NCBI GenBank assembly: GCA_964639875.1
Contig: CAZXEM010000001.1
Coordinates: 1 to 60,593, forward strand
Length of the DNA: 60,593 nt
From: an uncultured Methanosarcinales archaeon
GTDB taxonomy: Archaea > Nanobdellota > Nanobdellia > Woesearchaeales > GW2011-AR9
Reading direction: 5' to 3'
The number at the start of each line of letters is the position of its first letter. Positions within the stretch are counted from its first letter, which is position 1. This document shows, one piece after another, positions 52,205 through 60,593 of this stretch. The notes under the pieces were generated by a model. It made no database searches and had not been told where the DNA came from. It worked only from the letters and a program-made list of their open reading frames with translations. Made by a program: the position numbers and the translations under genes.

Positions 52205-52675
52205 TTATTTTTTCAGCTCCTGAGATTCTTCATTTTTGTTAATTAGTTTATATTCAGTTAAGTATAATTTTATGTGTCTCTTATTTCTAAAATAACCACC
52301 TTTAACTTTCCGGTAAAGCATTCGGTAATCTGTTGTAACAATTAAATTTCTATCTTTCAATTCTTTGATGAATTTTCTTTGAACTCTAACTCGTGCCATC
52401 CACTTATCTTTCTTAGTAAGAATGGAATTTTTACTTCCTCTTTTACTTCCTCTACCTTTTTGTCTACCTTTTCGTTTTTGAGATTGAATTTTTCTCGCTC
52501 TAACACGAGATAAATGGTTCTTTCTAAATTGAGTGATTTTACCAATAGCAATTAATCCCCTTAAATCTGATCTAGTAATAGCTTTTTTAATATCTTCTAA
52601 AGCTTCAACTAAAAAAACCACCTTCTTTGGTGATGTTTTCAAGATCTTTGCTGCAAGTTGTTTCTTATTTCTCAT
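52205..52675 (-). CDS. rpl19e: 50S ribosomal protein L19e
   Basis: LAAKILKTSPKKV...RKIQSQKRKGRQKGRGSKRG. Confidence 0.9.
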   Translation of the reverse strand: MRNKKQLAAKILKTSPKKVVFLVEALEDIKKAITRSDLRGLIAIGKITQFRKNHLSRVRARKIQSQKRKGRQKGRGSKRGSKNSILTKKDKWMARVRVQRKFIKELKDRNLIVTTDYRMLYRKVKGGYFRNKRHIKLYLTEYKLINKNEESQELKK

Positions 52676-52726
52676 TTTTATATTCTCAATTGTTTATTAT
52701 TTTTATTAATTAATATTATATTTCAT

Positions 52727-53353
52727 TTATTGTTTTTTAATGATCTCTTTCTCAACAGTTTTTTGTTGATCTTGCCGTTCTTTTTCAGCTTTTTCAACAT
52801 CTTCAATTTTTGCATCAACGTCAGCTGAATCTTTTTTATCATCTTCACTTTCTTTGTTTTTCTTAATTTCAGCTTTCTTTTTCTTTTCTTCTTGCTTTTT
52901 ACCTTTATCTTTGAGTTTTTCTTCTTTTAATTTTTTACGTTGAGCAAATTCAGATTCTATTTTTTCAATAGATTGATCATTATAATTAAAAACAGTAATT
53001 TTCTTATCTTTAGCAAGTTTCAGCAAAACTAGTTTACTTCTATTACTAACAGTAGACGCAATTAAAGCACCTTCATTTTCAGCATCTAAATTTGATAAAT
53101 CTTTAGTATTACTTACTAAAACCGTTTTCAAACCTGAATGGTGTAAATGTTTTACAGCTTTAGGACTACCATAACCAGGATGAACTAATTTAGGTCTACC
53201 CTTATGATACTGTCTAGTAGCAGAATGCTTACCTCGTGGGAATCTCCAACGAGATTTAACTTTAGCTGAAAATTTTGATTCTTTAACTACAAAAGTAGGT
53301 TTAGATTTCTTAATTTTCTTTCGCAATTCCAATAAGGTTTTTGTTGATGTCAT
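52727..53353 (-). CDS. rpl32e: 50S ribosomal protein L32e with K/E-rich C-terminal extension
   Basis: RWRFPRGKHSATRQYHKGRPKLVHPGYGSPKAVKHLHHSGL, then a charged tail of about 70 aa. Confidence 0.9.
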   Translation of the reverse strand: MTSTKTLLELRKKIKKSKPTFVVKESKFSAKVKSRWRFPRGKHSATRQYHKGRPKLVHPGYGSPKAVKHLHHSGLKTVLVSNTKDLSNLDAENEGALIASTVSNRSKLVLLKLAKDKKITVFNYNDQSIEKIESEFAQRKKLKEEKLKDKGKKQEEKKKKAEIKKNKESEDDKKDSADVDAKIEDVEKAEKERQDQQKTVEKEIIKKQ

Positions 53354-53385
53354 ATTTTTATTTTTTTCATTTATTTTTAATTTGA

Positions 53386-53931
53386 TTAGGATATATTTTT
53401 ACCAGACTTATGGATAATATAACAACCATCCTGAAAGATCCGGATATCTTTATTAGTAACTCTGCATAAACTTTCAATCTTAGCAGCATTTTGTCCTGCA
53501 ACTTCTTTATTAGGACTGGTAATAACTATTTCTGTACCATTAATTTTAATATCTCCACCATCCAATAATGTAACTCTTCGTGGTACACTTTCACCCAAAA
53601 AGTTTTTGATAATTACTTCATTACCAGATACGGACACATTCATTGGAAAGTGACCTGAACAAATTTTAAGTTTGTAAACAAAAGGTTCTTGGACACCTTT
53701 AACCATGTTTTTAATATGAGCAGTAAAAGTACCAACCATAACTTTCTCTTTCTTAGTTGCTTTCAATGAACTTAAAACTACTTTTCCTGCATCAACAGTA
53801 ATAGATACTCGAGGATGAGCAAATAGTTTGTTAACTTCTCCTTTTGGTCCTTTAACTTTCATTGCAGAACCATCCAAATCTACGTTAACCCCTTCAGGAA
53901 GTACAATTTCTTCTTGTAAATCAACTTTCAT
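53386..53931 (-). CDS. rpl6: 50S ribosomal protein L6 (uL6)
   Basis: Two-domain uL6 sequence (VKGPKGEV..., GHFPMNVSVSGNEVIIKNFLGE) and operon position. Confidence 0.9.
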   Translation of the reverse strand: MKVDLQEEIVLPEGVNVDLDGSAMKVKGPKGEVNKLFAHPRVSITVDAGKVVLSSLKATKKEKVMVGTFTAHIKNMVKGVQEPFVYKLKICSGHFPMNVSVSGNEVIIKNFLGESVPRRVTLLDGGDIKINGTEIVITSPNKEVAGQNAAKIESLCRVTNKDIRIFQDGCYIIHKSGKNIS

Positions 53932-53933
53932 TT

Positions 53934-54323
53934 TTAATAACAGTAAGCTAAAAGCTTACCTCCCATTTTCTTTTCTTTAGCTTGATAATGAGGCATGATC
54001 CCTTTTGAAGTTGAAACAATAATAGTTCCAAAATCTTTAGCAGGTAAATATCTAGTTTCCCACTTTTCAAATGTATTATTCTTAGTAGAGAATCTTGGTT
54101 TGATTACTCCACACTTGTTAATGTTTCCCAATAGGTTAATTTTTAGTATTCCACCTTTACCATCCTCAATAACTTCAAACGAACCGATGTAATGATTCTC
54201 GTTCATAATTGATAAGACTTTCTGAATCATTTTTGAAGCTGGTTTAATAACTACTTCTTTCTTACCTACTCTTTCTGCGTTCAATATTTTTGCTAAGGCC
54301 GCAGCCAATGGGTCATTAAGCAT
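53934..54323 (-). CDS. rps8: 30S ribosomal protein S8 (uS8)
   Basis: [24 protein letters not shown]...GGKLLAYCY. Confidence 0.92.
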   Translation of the reverse strand: MLNDPLAAALAKILNAERVGKKEVVIKPASKMIQKVLSIMNENHYIGSFEVIEDGKGGILKINLLGNINKCGVIKPRFSTKNNTFEKWETRYLPAKDFGTIIVSTSKGIMPHYQAKEKKMGGKLLAYCY

Positions 54324-54380
54324 TTTTTGTTTTCCTCATCATTTGATTATTATATTTAAATTTTCATTTTAATTTCATTT

Positions 54381-54611
54381 TCAACTAAACTTCTTAAAGC
54401 CTAGTCCTAAAGCCATTTCACGGAAACATTGCCGACACAAATGAAGACCATACTTGTTAATATGTCCTCGGTTCCGACCACAGTTCCTACATTTCTTTAA
54501 TGCAATTCCACAAGATCTTTCTTTAGGTTGATTAAATTTAATATATTTCTGCTTCTTTACAGGTTTAGCATCCAATTGCTTAAATGCTTTTTTATAATCG
54601 CTAGTAGTCAT
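54381..54611 (-). CDS. rps14: 30S ribosomal protein S14 (uS14, zinc-ribbon type)
   Basis: [25 protein letters not shown]. Start set at ATG 54611 (MTTSDYKK), because the track extension overlaps rpl5. Confidence 0.88.
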   Translation of the reverse strand: MTTSDYKKAFKQLDAKPVKKQKYIKFNQPKERSCGIALKKCRNCGRNRGHINKYGLHLCRQCFREMALGLGFKKFS

Positions 54612-54618
54612 TTTGTAT

Positions 54619-55134
54619 TCATTTAACCTCTGCACCAATTTTCTTAACAAATTCAATTGCATCTTCTTTAGTAATAATATGTTTTTTACCAATCAGTTTC
54701 GGATTAATTTTTCTTTTCTTAACTCTGAAGCCTGGTCGTTCTAAAGTTACAGCAACTTCAAAACCCATGATTTTTAAGTCAGGATCATATTCAAGACCTT
54801 CAACATCAATATATTCTGGTACGCCAAATGAAAAATTACCCTGGCTATCAAAACAAGATGCGTTCAAAACGTTCTCTTTTGCTACTAAAAGTCTTTTTAA
54901 TAATTGTTCAGTATTATCACGAATAGTTAATTTACAACCAATAGCTAATCCTGGTCTTAAACCCCATGCAGGAATTCTTTTTGAAGTAAGAGTTTTAACT
55001 GGTTTAAGTTTGGAAAACTTTTGTAACAAAGTTAAACCTCTTTTCAACAAATCTTCACTTTTCCCTGACCCAATATTTAGAGTAATCTTACTAATTTTAA
55101 TTTCTCTTAATGGGTTTGTTTTTCCGTCTTCCAT
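54619..55134 (-). CDS. rpl5: 50S ribosomal protein L5 (uL5)
   Basis: [18 protein letters not shown]...GFRVKKRK. Confidence 0.92.
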   Translation of the reverse strand: MEDGKTNPLREIKISKITLNIGSGKSEDLLKRGLTLLQKFSKLKPVKTLTSKRIPAWGLRPGLAIGCKLTIRDNTEQLLKRLLVAKENVLNASCFDSQGNFSFGVPEYIDVEGLEYDPDLKIMGFEVAVTLERPGFRVKKRKINPKLIGKKHIITKEDAIEFVKKIGAEVK

Positions 55135-55136
55135 TT

Positions 55137-55826
55137 TTATCCAGTTTTAACCTCAATTACAGGTTTATCTTTACCAATAACAAAAAGGTAATCTTTAGCA
55201 GTTTCAATTTCCTGCTTTTCTCGAACATAAATTGCTTCATTCTTTTTAATTTCTTTAAATTTACCATTATCACCACTATGTTTACCATTAGTTAAAAAAA
55301 CAGCAACACCTTTTTCTAATGATAATATTTCTTTAACTTCAAGTTTTGGTAAAGTTAATAATAATGTATCTCCCACATTTGCTTTTGCATCTGTAATAAT
55401 ATTTTTTCCATCATGTAAATTAAATTGCACTTTATTACCTGCAATCATTGTTTTACCAACAATTTTACACGGTTTTAAGCCACTTTCAGTATCATTAATT
55501 TCGCTAAAAATGATTCTACCTTTTTTATCAAATAATGCTCGCCATGACTTTTTTATTGAAGGAACACTTAAAACGTCGAAAAGGCCAACAATATAACGAT
55601 AATCTTTTCTCCTTTTACCGTCAACCAAAATTTCTTTATTATTAATAGTTTTTTTCGCTTCAGCCATAGTTGAAGATAAACTTAAAAAATCTCTTAAAAC
55701 AACACCTAAAGGTAAACCGAACGAAAATGAATGTGCCCCAGGTCTTGGCCTAGTAATGAAAGTTTGTTTTTTACGGTCAATTGTCCAGGTTCTTGGTGAC
55801 GCTATTCGTTTAAGATGTTGTTTCAT
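55137..55826 (-). CDS. rps4e: 30S ribosomal protein S4e
   Basis: MKQHLKRIASPRTWTIDRKKQTFITRPRPGAHS. Confidence 0.92.
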   Translation of the reverse strand: MKQHLKRIASPRTWTIDRKKQTFITRPRPGAHSFSFGLPLGVVLRDFLSLSSTMAEAKKTINNKEILVDGKRRKDYRYIVGLFDVLSVPSIKKSWRALFDKKGRIIFSEINDTESGLKPCKIVGKTMIAGNKVQFNLHDGKNIITDAKANVGDTLLLTLPKLEVKEILSLEKGVAVFLTNGKHSGDNGKFKEIKKNEAIYVREKQEIETAKDYLFVIGKDKPVIEVKTG

Positions 55827-56329
55827 TTTTTATCCTCATTATTTTGATCATCATTTGTTGATGGTTTAACTTCTTCTTTTACAGGTGCTTTTTTCTCTAC
55901 AGTTTTTTTAACTTCTTTAGCATCTACTTTCTTTTCTGCACCTTTACTTTTTAATTCTAATTTATCTTTTCTTTTACGATCACTTAAATCAAGTTCAGTA
56001 ATCATTAAATTTGATGGTAATAATGGACAAGGTAATTTAGTTCCATCTTTCTTAATTATTTCAACGCCAACAACATAAACTTTACCCTTATTCATTGTTA
56101 CTGTATCAACTTTACCCTCTTTCTTTGCAAACTGTCCTTTAAGGATTTTTACTTTATCGCCTTTTCTAACAAGGATATTTCTGTATCCATACTTTTTTCT
56201 TAAATCAGCAGATAAATGTACGTGCATCTGCTTCTGTTTAAGGTGCAAGGGTAAATTGTAAGTATATTTACGCTGCTTTCTAGGTTGAACGCTACTTTTC
56301 CAGGATGTTGCGAATTTATTATTTACCAT
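55823..56329 (-). CDS. rpl24: 50S ribosomal protein L24 (uL24) with K/E-rich C-terminal extension
   Basis: QPRKQRKYTYNLPLHLKQKQMHVHLS...VRKGDKVKILKGQFAKKEGKV, then a charged tail. Confidence 0.9.
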   Translation of the reverse strand: MVNNKFATSWKSSVQPRKQRKYTYNLPLHLKQKQMHVHLSADLRKKYGYRNILVRKGDKVKILKGQFAKKEGKVDTVTMNKGKVYVVGVEIIKKDGTKLPCPLLPSNLMITELDLSDRKRKDKLELKSKGAEKKVDAKEVKKTVEKKAPVKEEVKPSTNDDQNNEDKK

Positions 56330-56331
56330 TT

Positions 56332-56733
56332 TTAAACTATCATATTAGCCACTTTAGCGACTGCAGGCCACCTCTCGGCAGCTTCTTTAGCAATGGGCCC
56401 TTTAAAAATTGTTCCTTTTGGATTACCTTTAACATCCTTAAGGACTACGGCCGCATTATCTTCAAATTTGATTCTAGTTCCATCAATTCGGCGATACTCT
56501 TTCTTTTGTCGAACTATTACTGCTGGAACTACTGTTTTTCTCATTTCTAATTTTCCTTTTTTAACTGAAACAAAGATTAAATCTCCAACACCAGCTGCAG
56601 GAATTCTTCCCCTAACTGTCTTATGGCCTTTAACAGCAATAATTTTAAGCACTTTAGCGCCCGAATTATCGCAAGTATTTACATAAGCCTGTACAGGAAG
56701 TGCTTTTGTTGTTTTACTACTTACAGCTTTCAT
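56332..56733 (-). CDS. rpl14: 50S ribosomal protein L14 (uL14)
   Basis: CDNSGAKVLKIIAVKG...FEDNAAVVL...GPIAKE. Confidence 0.93.
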   Translation of the reverse strand: MKAVSSKTTKALPVQAYVNTCDNSGAKVLKIIAVKGHKTVRGRIPAAGVGDLIFVSVKKGKLEMRKTVVPAVIVRQKKEYRRIDGTRIKFEDNAAVVLKDVKGNPKGTIFKGPIAKEAAERWPAVAKVANMIV

Positions 56734-57194
56734 TAATTTTCACTCTCTTCAACTTTTTCAGTTTTTTTAACGGATTCAACAGGTCCAGCTTTTTCTTCTT
56801 TTTTTACTTGTTTCTTTTCAGTTTTAGCTTTACTAGCTTTTTTCTCTTCAACAGGTTCTGTTGAAGCAGATTCCCTTTTAATAATATCAATAATAACATA
56901 ATTTTTAGTTTTACTTAATGGTCGAGTCTTAACTGCTAAAACTTCATCACCAATCTCGGCATTAAGACAAGTAGGATTATGAACTCTTTGTCTGGACCTT
57001 CTTAACTCATACCTTTCATATTTTGAAACATAATGAGATTTGGACCATTCAATAGTTGCAGATCTACTAATATCTTTCTTAACAACTGTACCCTTTAACG
57101 GTTCGTTTTTTACGTTGATTAATCCGTGAAATGGACATTTGTTGTCAGTACATTTATTTTTTGGCGCTTTAACGCCAAGTATTTCTTTTTTCAT
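56733..57194 (-). CDS. rps17: 30S ribosomal protein S17 (uS17) with K/E-rich C-terminal extension
   Basis: CTDNKCPFHGLINVKNEPLKGTVVKKDISRSATIEW, then a tail EKKASKAKTEKKQVKKEEK. Confidence 0.9.
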   Translation of the reverse strand: MKKEILGVKAPKNKCTDNKCPFHGLINVKNEPLKGTVVKKDISRSATIEWSKSHYVSKYERYELRRSRQRVHNPTCLNAEIGDEVLAVKTRPLSKTKNYVIIDIIKRESASTEPVEEKKASKAKTEKKQVKKEEKAGPVESVKKTEKVEESEN

Positions 57195-57195
57195 T

Positions 57196-57447
57196 TTATT
57201 TTCCTTTAAGCCGGTCTTCAGGCCTTTTAACCAAATCCTTACCGATAAGGACTTGCCCAGTTTGTTTAATTTTGATTGTGATATTGCTTTTCAACAAAAC
57301 TTTAATTTTATTGTTTTGTTCAATCTTGATTGTGGATTTTGTCTCATCAACTATTTTCCCTTCAATCCCAAAATTACTTTTGTTTTTGGAACTAATTACC
57401 AACACGTCTTTCCCGACTAATTCATGAGGGTAAATGGATTTTTTCAT
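57196..57447 (-). CDS. rnp1: RNase P protein component 1 (Rpp29/Rnp1)
   Basis: HELVGKDVLVISSKNKSNFGIEGKIVDETKSTIKIE, an Sm-like fold pattern. Canonical position between aSUI1 and S17. Confidence 0.7.
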   Translation of the reverse strand: MKKSIYPHELVGKDVLVISSKNKSNFGIEGKIVDETKSTIKIEQNNKIKVLLKSNITIKIKQTGQVLIGKDLVKRPEDRLKGK

Positions 57448-57465
57448 TTCTTAATTGTTGACTTT

Positions 57466-57768
57466 TTACCGTAATTCAATTGCTTCTCCAGGAAAACCAA
57501 GATCAATTAAAGCTTGTTTAATTCTTAGTTTATGATTACCCTGTAATTCAATTTGGCCACTTTTCGATGTTCCACCACACGCAAACTTTAATTTTAATTG
57601 TCGCGTGATTTCTCCCAGATTTGCTTCTTTTTGCACTCCGGTAACAATCGTATACTTTTTGCCAAATTTCCTTTTCTCAATTTTTACGGTAATTTTTTGT
57701 TGTTCCCGTGCGATTGTTTCACAAACGCAAAGGTCTTGCGGTAACCCGCATTGATTGCATACATCCAT
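57466..57768 (-). CDS. Translation initiation factor aSUI1 (eIF1 homologue)
   Basis: N-terminal CxxC...CxC knuckle, ITVKIEKRKFGKKYTIVTGV and LKLKFACGGT. Confidence 0.88.
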   Translation of the reverse strand: MDVCNQCGLPQDLCVCETIAREQQKITVKIEKRKFGKKYTIVTGVQKEANLGEITRQLKLKFACGGTSKSGQIELQGNHKLRIKQALIDLGFPGEAIELR

Positions 57769-57772
57769 CCTA

Positions 57773-57973
57773 TTATGAACTGTCCTCCTTCATTTTTAGT
57801 AAAGTTAGTATGCGAGCAATATTTTTTTTAATCAATCTTAACATTCCTGGATTTTCAGGATTAGAGCCAGTTGCTACTTGAACGTTCAGTTTTAAAAGTT
57901 CTTTTTTAAGTTCCACTAATCTTTTCTTTAAATCCTCTGTGGAAAGACCTTTCAATTCTTTAGTGTATTTCAT
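57773..57973 (-). CDS. rpl29: 50S ribosomal protein L29 (uL29)
   Basis: LSTEDLKKRLVELKKELLKLNVQVATG and operon position. Confidence 0.88.
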   Translation of the reverse strand: MKYTKELKGLSTEDLKKRLVELKKELLKLNVQVATGSNPENPGMLRLIKKNIARILTLLKMKEDSS

Positions 57974-58932
57974 TGCTCTTTAACCTCGTCTTTAGGTTGT
58001 TCAGATTCACTTGAATCGGCTGAAACTGGTTCCTCTTTATTTTCTTCTTGAGTTTCTTCTTTAGATTCTTTCTCAACAGGAACAGTCTCGGTTTCTTCAG
58101 TAATTTTTTGATCTTGAATTTCTTCTTTAACAGGAGCTGTTTCTTCTTGTTTTTCTTCTTTAACAACTTCTACTTTTTCAGTTACTTCTTCAACAGGAGC
58201 AGCTTCTTCTTTTTTAGCTTTCTTCTTAGTTGAAGTTTTTTTCTTACTGGTTTTTTTAGTAGCAGTTTCTTTCTTTTCTTCTTTTTTAGTTACTTCTTCT
58301 TCAGTTGATTTAATTTCTTCAATTACCTGTTCTGGTTCTTGAAGTATTTCAACATGATCAGGAAGTACTAAATCTGGTGGCATAATTGCAACTTTAATTC
58401 CAATAATTCCACTTTTTAGTAAAGCAACTGATTGAGCTCTCTTTACTCCAGAGATGGAAACATCGCCACATTTCTTTAAATAACCTTGATAAAATCGCCA
58501 GTTTCTTGCTCTTGAACTTGGTAGTTTTCCTGAAATAATAATTTCTACCCCTAATGCACCTGCACTAATAACGTTTGCAAGCATTTTGTGGCCAACACCT
58601 TTAAACCGAGCTGAACCAAACCGTTCTAATGAACCGGCAATCCTTTCTGCAACAATGTTAGCGTCAAGGAAAAAGTTTTTAACTTCATTAATTTCAATTT
58701 GAGGATTTTCAAGTTTGAACTCTTTCTTAAGTACTCTTGTTAATTCTTTAATGTTAGCCCCTTTTGAACCAACAATTAAACTAGGTCTACTAGTATCAAC
58801 AATTATCTTTTCACCTAAAGGAATTTTTTTAAGTTTAATTTTAGAGATTCCAACTTTGTTTAGTGTAGATTCAATATATTTCTTAATGTAAAACTCTTTA
58901 GTTTTCTGGGCAATAAATTTTCTTTCCATCAT
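57970..58932 (-). CDS. rps3: 30S ribosomal protein S3 (uS3) with a K/E/T-rich C-terminal extension of about 100 aa
   Basis: KH-domain core (IVGSKGANIKELT...), FKGVGHKMLANV..., then KKEEKKETATKKTSKKKTSTKKKAKKEEAAPVEE... Confidence 0.92.
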   Translation of the reverse strand: MMERKFIAQKTKEFYIKKYIESTLNKVGISKIKLKKIPLGEKIIVDTSRPSLIVGSKGANIKELTRVLKKEFKLENPQIEINEVKNFFLDANIVAERIAGSLERFGSARFKGVGHKMLANVISAGALGVEIIISGKLPSSRARNWRFYQGYLKKCGDVSISGVKRAQSVALLKSGIIGIKVAIMPPDLVLPDHVEILQEPEQVIEEIKSTEEEVTKKEEKKETATKKTSKKKTSTKKKAKKEEAAPVEEVTEKVEVVKEEKQEETAPVKEEIQDQKITEETETVPVEKESKEETQEENKEEPVSADSSESEQPKDEVKEQ

Positions 58933-59672
58933 TTTACTTTATCACCTGCATTATTTTCGTTAGGATTATTAGGATTAACATCTTCTTTAGCTTCTTCAAC
59001 TTTTTCTTCTTCTTTCTTTTCTTCTTTAACAGGTTCTTCAGTTTTTACTTCTTTAACTTCAGGTTTAGCTTCTTCTTTAACTTCTTCAGCTTTTTGTTCT
59101 TCCACTTTAGGTTCCGCAGGCTTGTCCGAGGATTCAGAATCTTTTGATTCTGTAACTTCTTTAACTACAGGCTTATTAACCTTTTCTTCTTCTTTAACTT
59201 CAGTTGATTTTTTTACACTTTTCTTTTTATCTTTCTTTTCTTTAACTGCCATCTCTTTAACTTCAATTTCAAGATGAGACCTTTTTGTACCAGTCCGTCT
59301 TCTACCGCCAGTAAGAGGAATTGAAGCTCTATTAGCAATCAATTTAGTAATTTTTAAATTTGAACTGTTCAAACCTTTATAATGAGCATTTGCTTCAACT
59401 GAATTAATTAATTGTAAAAAGCATTTAGCAGCTTTTTGAGGGAACTTACCTGCAGACATACCAGCTTTATGACCAGTGTCACGGATAAATCTTTTAAACG
59501 GAACTGCCCTTTTTAATGAAATAACTTCTTCTAACAAGCCCTTAACATGAGCGGTATTTTTATAACGTAAAAAATTACCAATTTCAATACAATCCTTAGT
59601 TGATATTGCTAAATTTTTAGCACTAGCAGTAGCAAAATGTTCAGGATTTTTTGTTTTTTTGATTTCAGCCAT
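58929..59672 (-). CDS. rpl22: 50S ribosomal protein L22 (uL22) with a K/E-rich C-terminal extension of about 95 aa
   Basis: SAKNLAISTKDCIEIGNFLRYK...RRRTGTKRSHLEIEV, then KEKKDKKKSVKK...EEKKEEEKVEEAKED. Confidence 0.92.
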   Translation of the reverse strand: MAEIKKTKNPEHFATASAKNLAISTKDCIEIGNFLRYKNTAHVKGLLEEVISLKRAVPFKRFIRDTGHKAGMSAGKFPQKAAKCFLQLINSVEANAHYKGLNSSNLKITKLIANRASIPLTGGRRRTGTKRSHLEIEVKEMAVKEKKDKKKSVKKSTEVKEEEKVNKPVVKEVTESKDSESSDKPAEPKVEEQKAEEVKEEAKPEVKEVKTEEPVKEEKKEEEKVEEAKEDVNPNNPNENNAGDKVK

Positions 59673-59695
59673 TTTATTATATTATTATTATATTT

Positions 59696-60076
59696 TTACC
59701 TTGCAGATATTGCTTTACTTGATCTTGTTGCACCGACACCTGCTGAACTATGAGATACAGTTTTACGTGTATGTGAAAACTCGCCCAAATAATGGCCAAG
59801 CATTTCTAAAGTAATACTAAGCATCATAAATTCTTTACCATTATAAATTTTAATCGTCTTTCCTAACATTTTAGGAACAATGATCATGTTACGGCAATGA
59901 GTTTTAATATTACTACCGCCAACTTCAATATTTGCCATTAATTTTTTCTGTTGTTCGGATAAACCGCGTTTTAAAGATCTTCTTTGTCTAGATGGAACTA
60001 GTCCTAGGAACTCTTTCATGTCCATCTCTTTAACTTCTTCTTCAGTTTTTCCGTGCCACAATAATTCTTTTGCCAT
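59696..60076 (-). CDS. rps19: 30S ribosomal protein S19 (uS19)
   Basis: IKTHCRNMIIVPKMLGKTIKIYNGKEF...GHYLGEFSHTRK. Confidence 0.93.
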   Translation of the reverse strand: MAKELLWHGKTEEEVKEMDMKEFLGLVPSRQRRSLKRGLSEQQKKLMANIEVGGSNIKTHCRNMIIVPKMLGKTIKIYNGKEFMMLSITLEMLGHYLGEFSHTRKTVSHSSAGVGATRSSKAISAR

Positions 60077-60092
60077 TTTAGATTATTTGAGT

Positions 60093-60593
60093 TTATTTCC
60101 TCTTACCTGTTCTTCTTGGAGCAATTTTACCAACTTTTCTTCCTGGTGGTGCATGTCTTGAAGCCTGTGTTGGACGACCTTTAACGTGTGAACATTTTCC
60201 ACCGAACGGATGGTCAACCGCATTCATTGAAATACCACAAACTTTAGGATACAATTTATTTCTAGCTCTCATCTTTTTCATCCTTGTTCCCGCTTTCAAG
60301 AATGGCTTATCTAACCTTCCAGAACCGGAAATTGAGCCAATTGCTGCTCGACAATTAGGTAAAAAGATTTTTTCTTTATTTGAAGGTAACTTTACTCGAA
60401 CTGAACTTTCAGTCTTAGCAATAACTTTAGCAAACGTTCCACTTGAACGAACAAGTTTACCGCCATCGCCAGGTTTAAGTTCAATATTATGAACCAAAGT
60501 ACCCTCAGGAATATCACTTAATAATAAAACATTTCCTGGTTTAATTTCTTTAGCGCCAACACTAATTGGATCACCAACTTTAATTCCTTCAGG
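60093..60593 (-). CDS. rpl2: 50S ribosomal protein L2 (uL2), C-terminal part (gene continues beyond window end)
   Basis: The frame stays open to the window edge: ...PEGTLVHNIELKPGDGGKLVRSSGTFA...MNAVDHPFGGKCSHVKGRPTQASRHAPPGRKVG. Confidence 0.93.
   Translation of the reverse strand, partial: PEGIKVGDPISVGAKEIKPGNVLLLSDIPEGTLVHNIELKPGDGGKLVRSSGTFAKVIAKTESSVRVKLPSNKEKIFLPNCRAAIGSISGSGRLDKPFLKAGTRMKKMRARNKLYPKVCGISMNAVDHPFGGKCSHVKGRPTQASRHAPPGRKVGKIAPRRTGKRK

Noticed and set aside
54612-54692. N-terminal extensions of S14 (to 54692) and L39e (36852-36890) in the ORF track
   Set aside because: The extensions overlap the upstream ribosomal genes (L5, S19e) and are not part of the conserved proteins. 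Internal ATGs give canonical N-termini ([14 protein letters not shown]).

Overview
AT-rich archaeal chromosomal segment. Archaea/eukaryote-specific ribosomal proteins (S4e, L32e, L19e, L31e, L39e, S19e), EF-1alpha, proteasome beta, aCPSF1, a class I CCA-adding enzyme, aSUI1 and Rpp29 fix the domain. Small genes, nucleoside-salvage kinases and intron-laden tRNAs suggest a reduced DPANN-like lineage; that lineage call is inference. Layout: 0-18 kb holds partial IleRS, a bacterial-type sigma-70 homologue, envelope genes (surface glycoprotein, prepilin peptidase), AsnRS, a protein kinase, EF-1alpha/S10 and the CCA enzyme. 18-29 kb holds two tRNA genes carrying a homologous 85-nt T-loop insertion, the psmB-aCPSF1 pair, and a 5.9-kb block of 16 co-directional unrecognisable small ORFs (21.7-27.5 kb). 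Nine of those ORFs have lipobox-like signal peptides, and the block lies divergent from an AbrB-PhoU regulator. 29-48 kb holds ScpA, a HerA-like ATPase, HtpX/LemA, a Cas4-like nuclease, L31e/L39e/S19e, topoisomerase IB, a radical SAM enzyme, three P-loop nucleoside kinases, tRNA-Ile, a YidC-like DUF106 protein and an MFS transporter. 48-60.6 kb is the minus-strand L2-to-SecY ribosomal protein operon. Most first genes have a TATA box centred about 27 nt upstream of the ATG, implying leaderless mRNAs; internal operon genes use GGAGG-type Shine-Dalgarno sites. Best candidates for something new: (1) the lipobox mini-protein island, with Cys/His-rich paralogues, EF-hand-like loops and an OMP-like barrel candidate; (2) the conserved, covarying T-loop insertion shared by tRNA-Ser and tRNA-Thr, plus promoter-proximal duplicates of each tRNA 5-prime end; (3) the full-length sigma-70 homologue behind an archaeal-type promoter. 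All calls come from reading the translations and the DNA by eye. No database search or folding was run, and intron boundaries are approximate.
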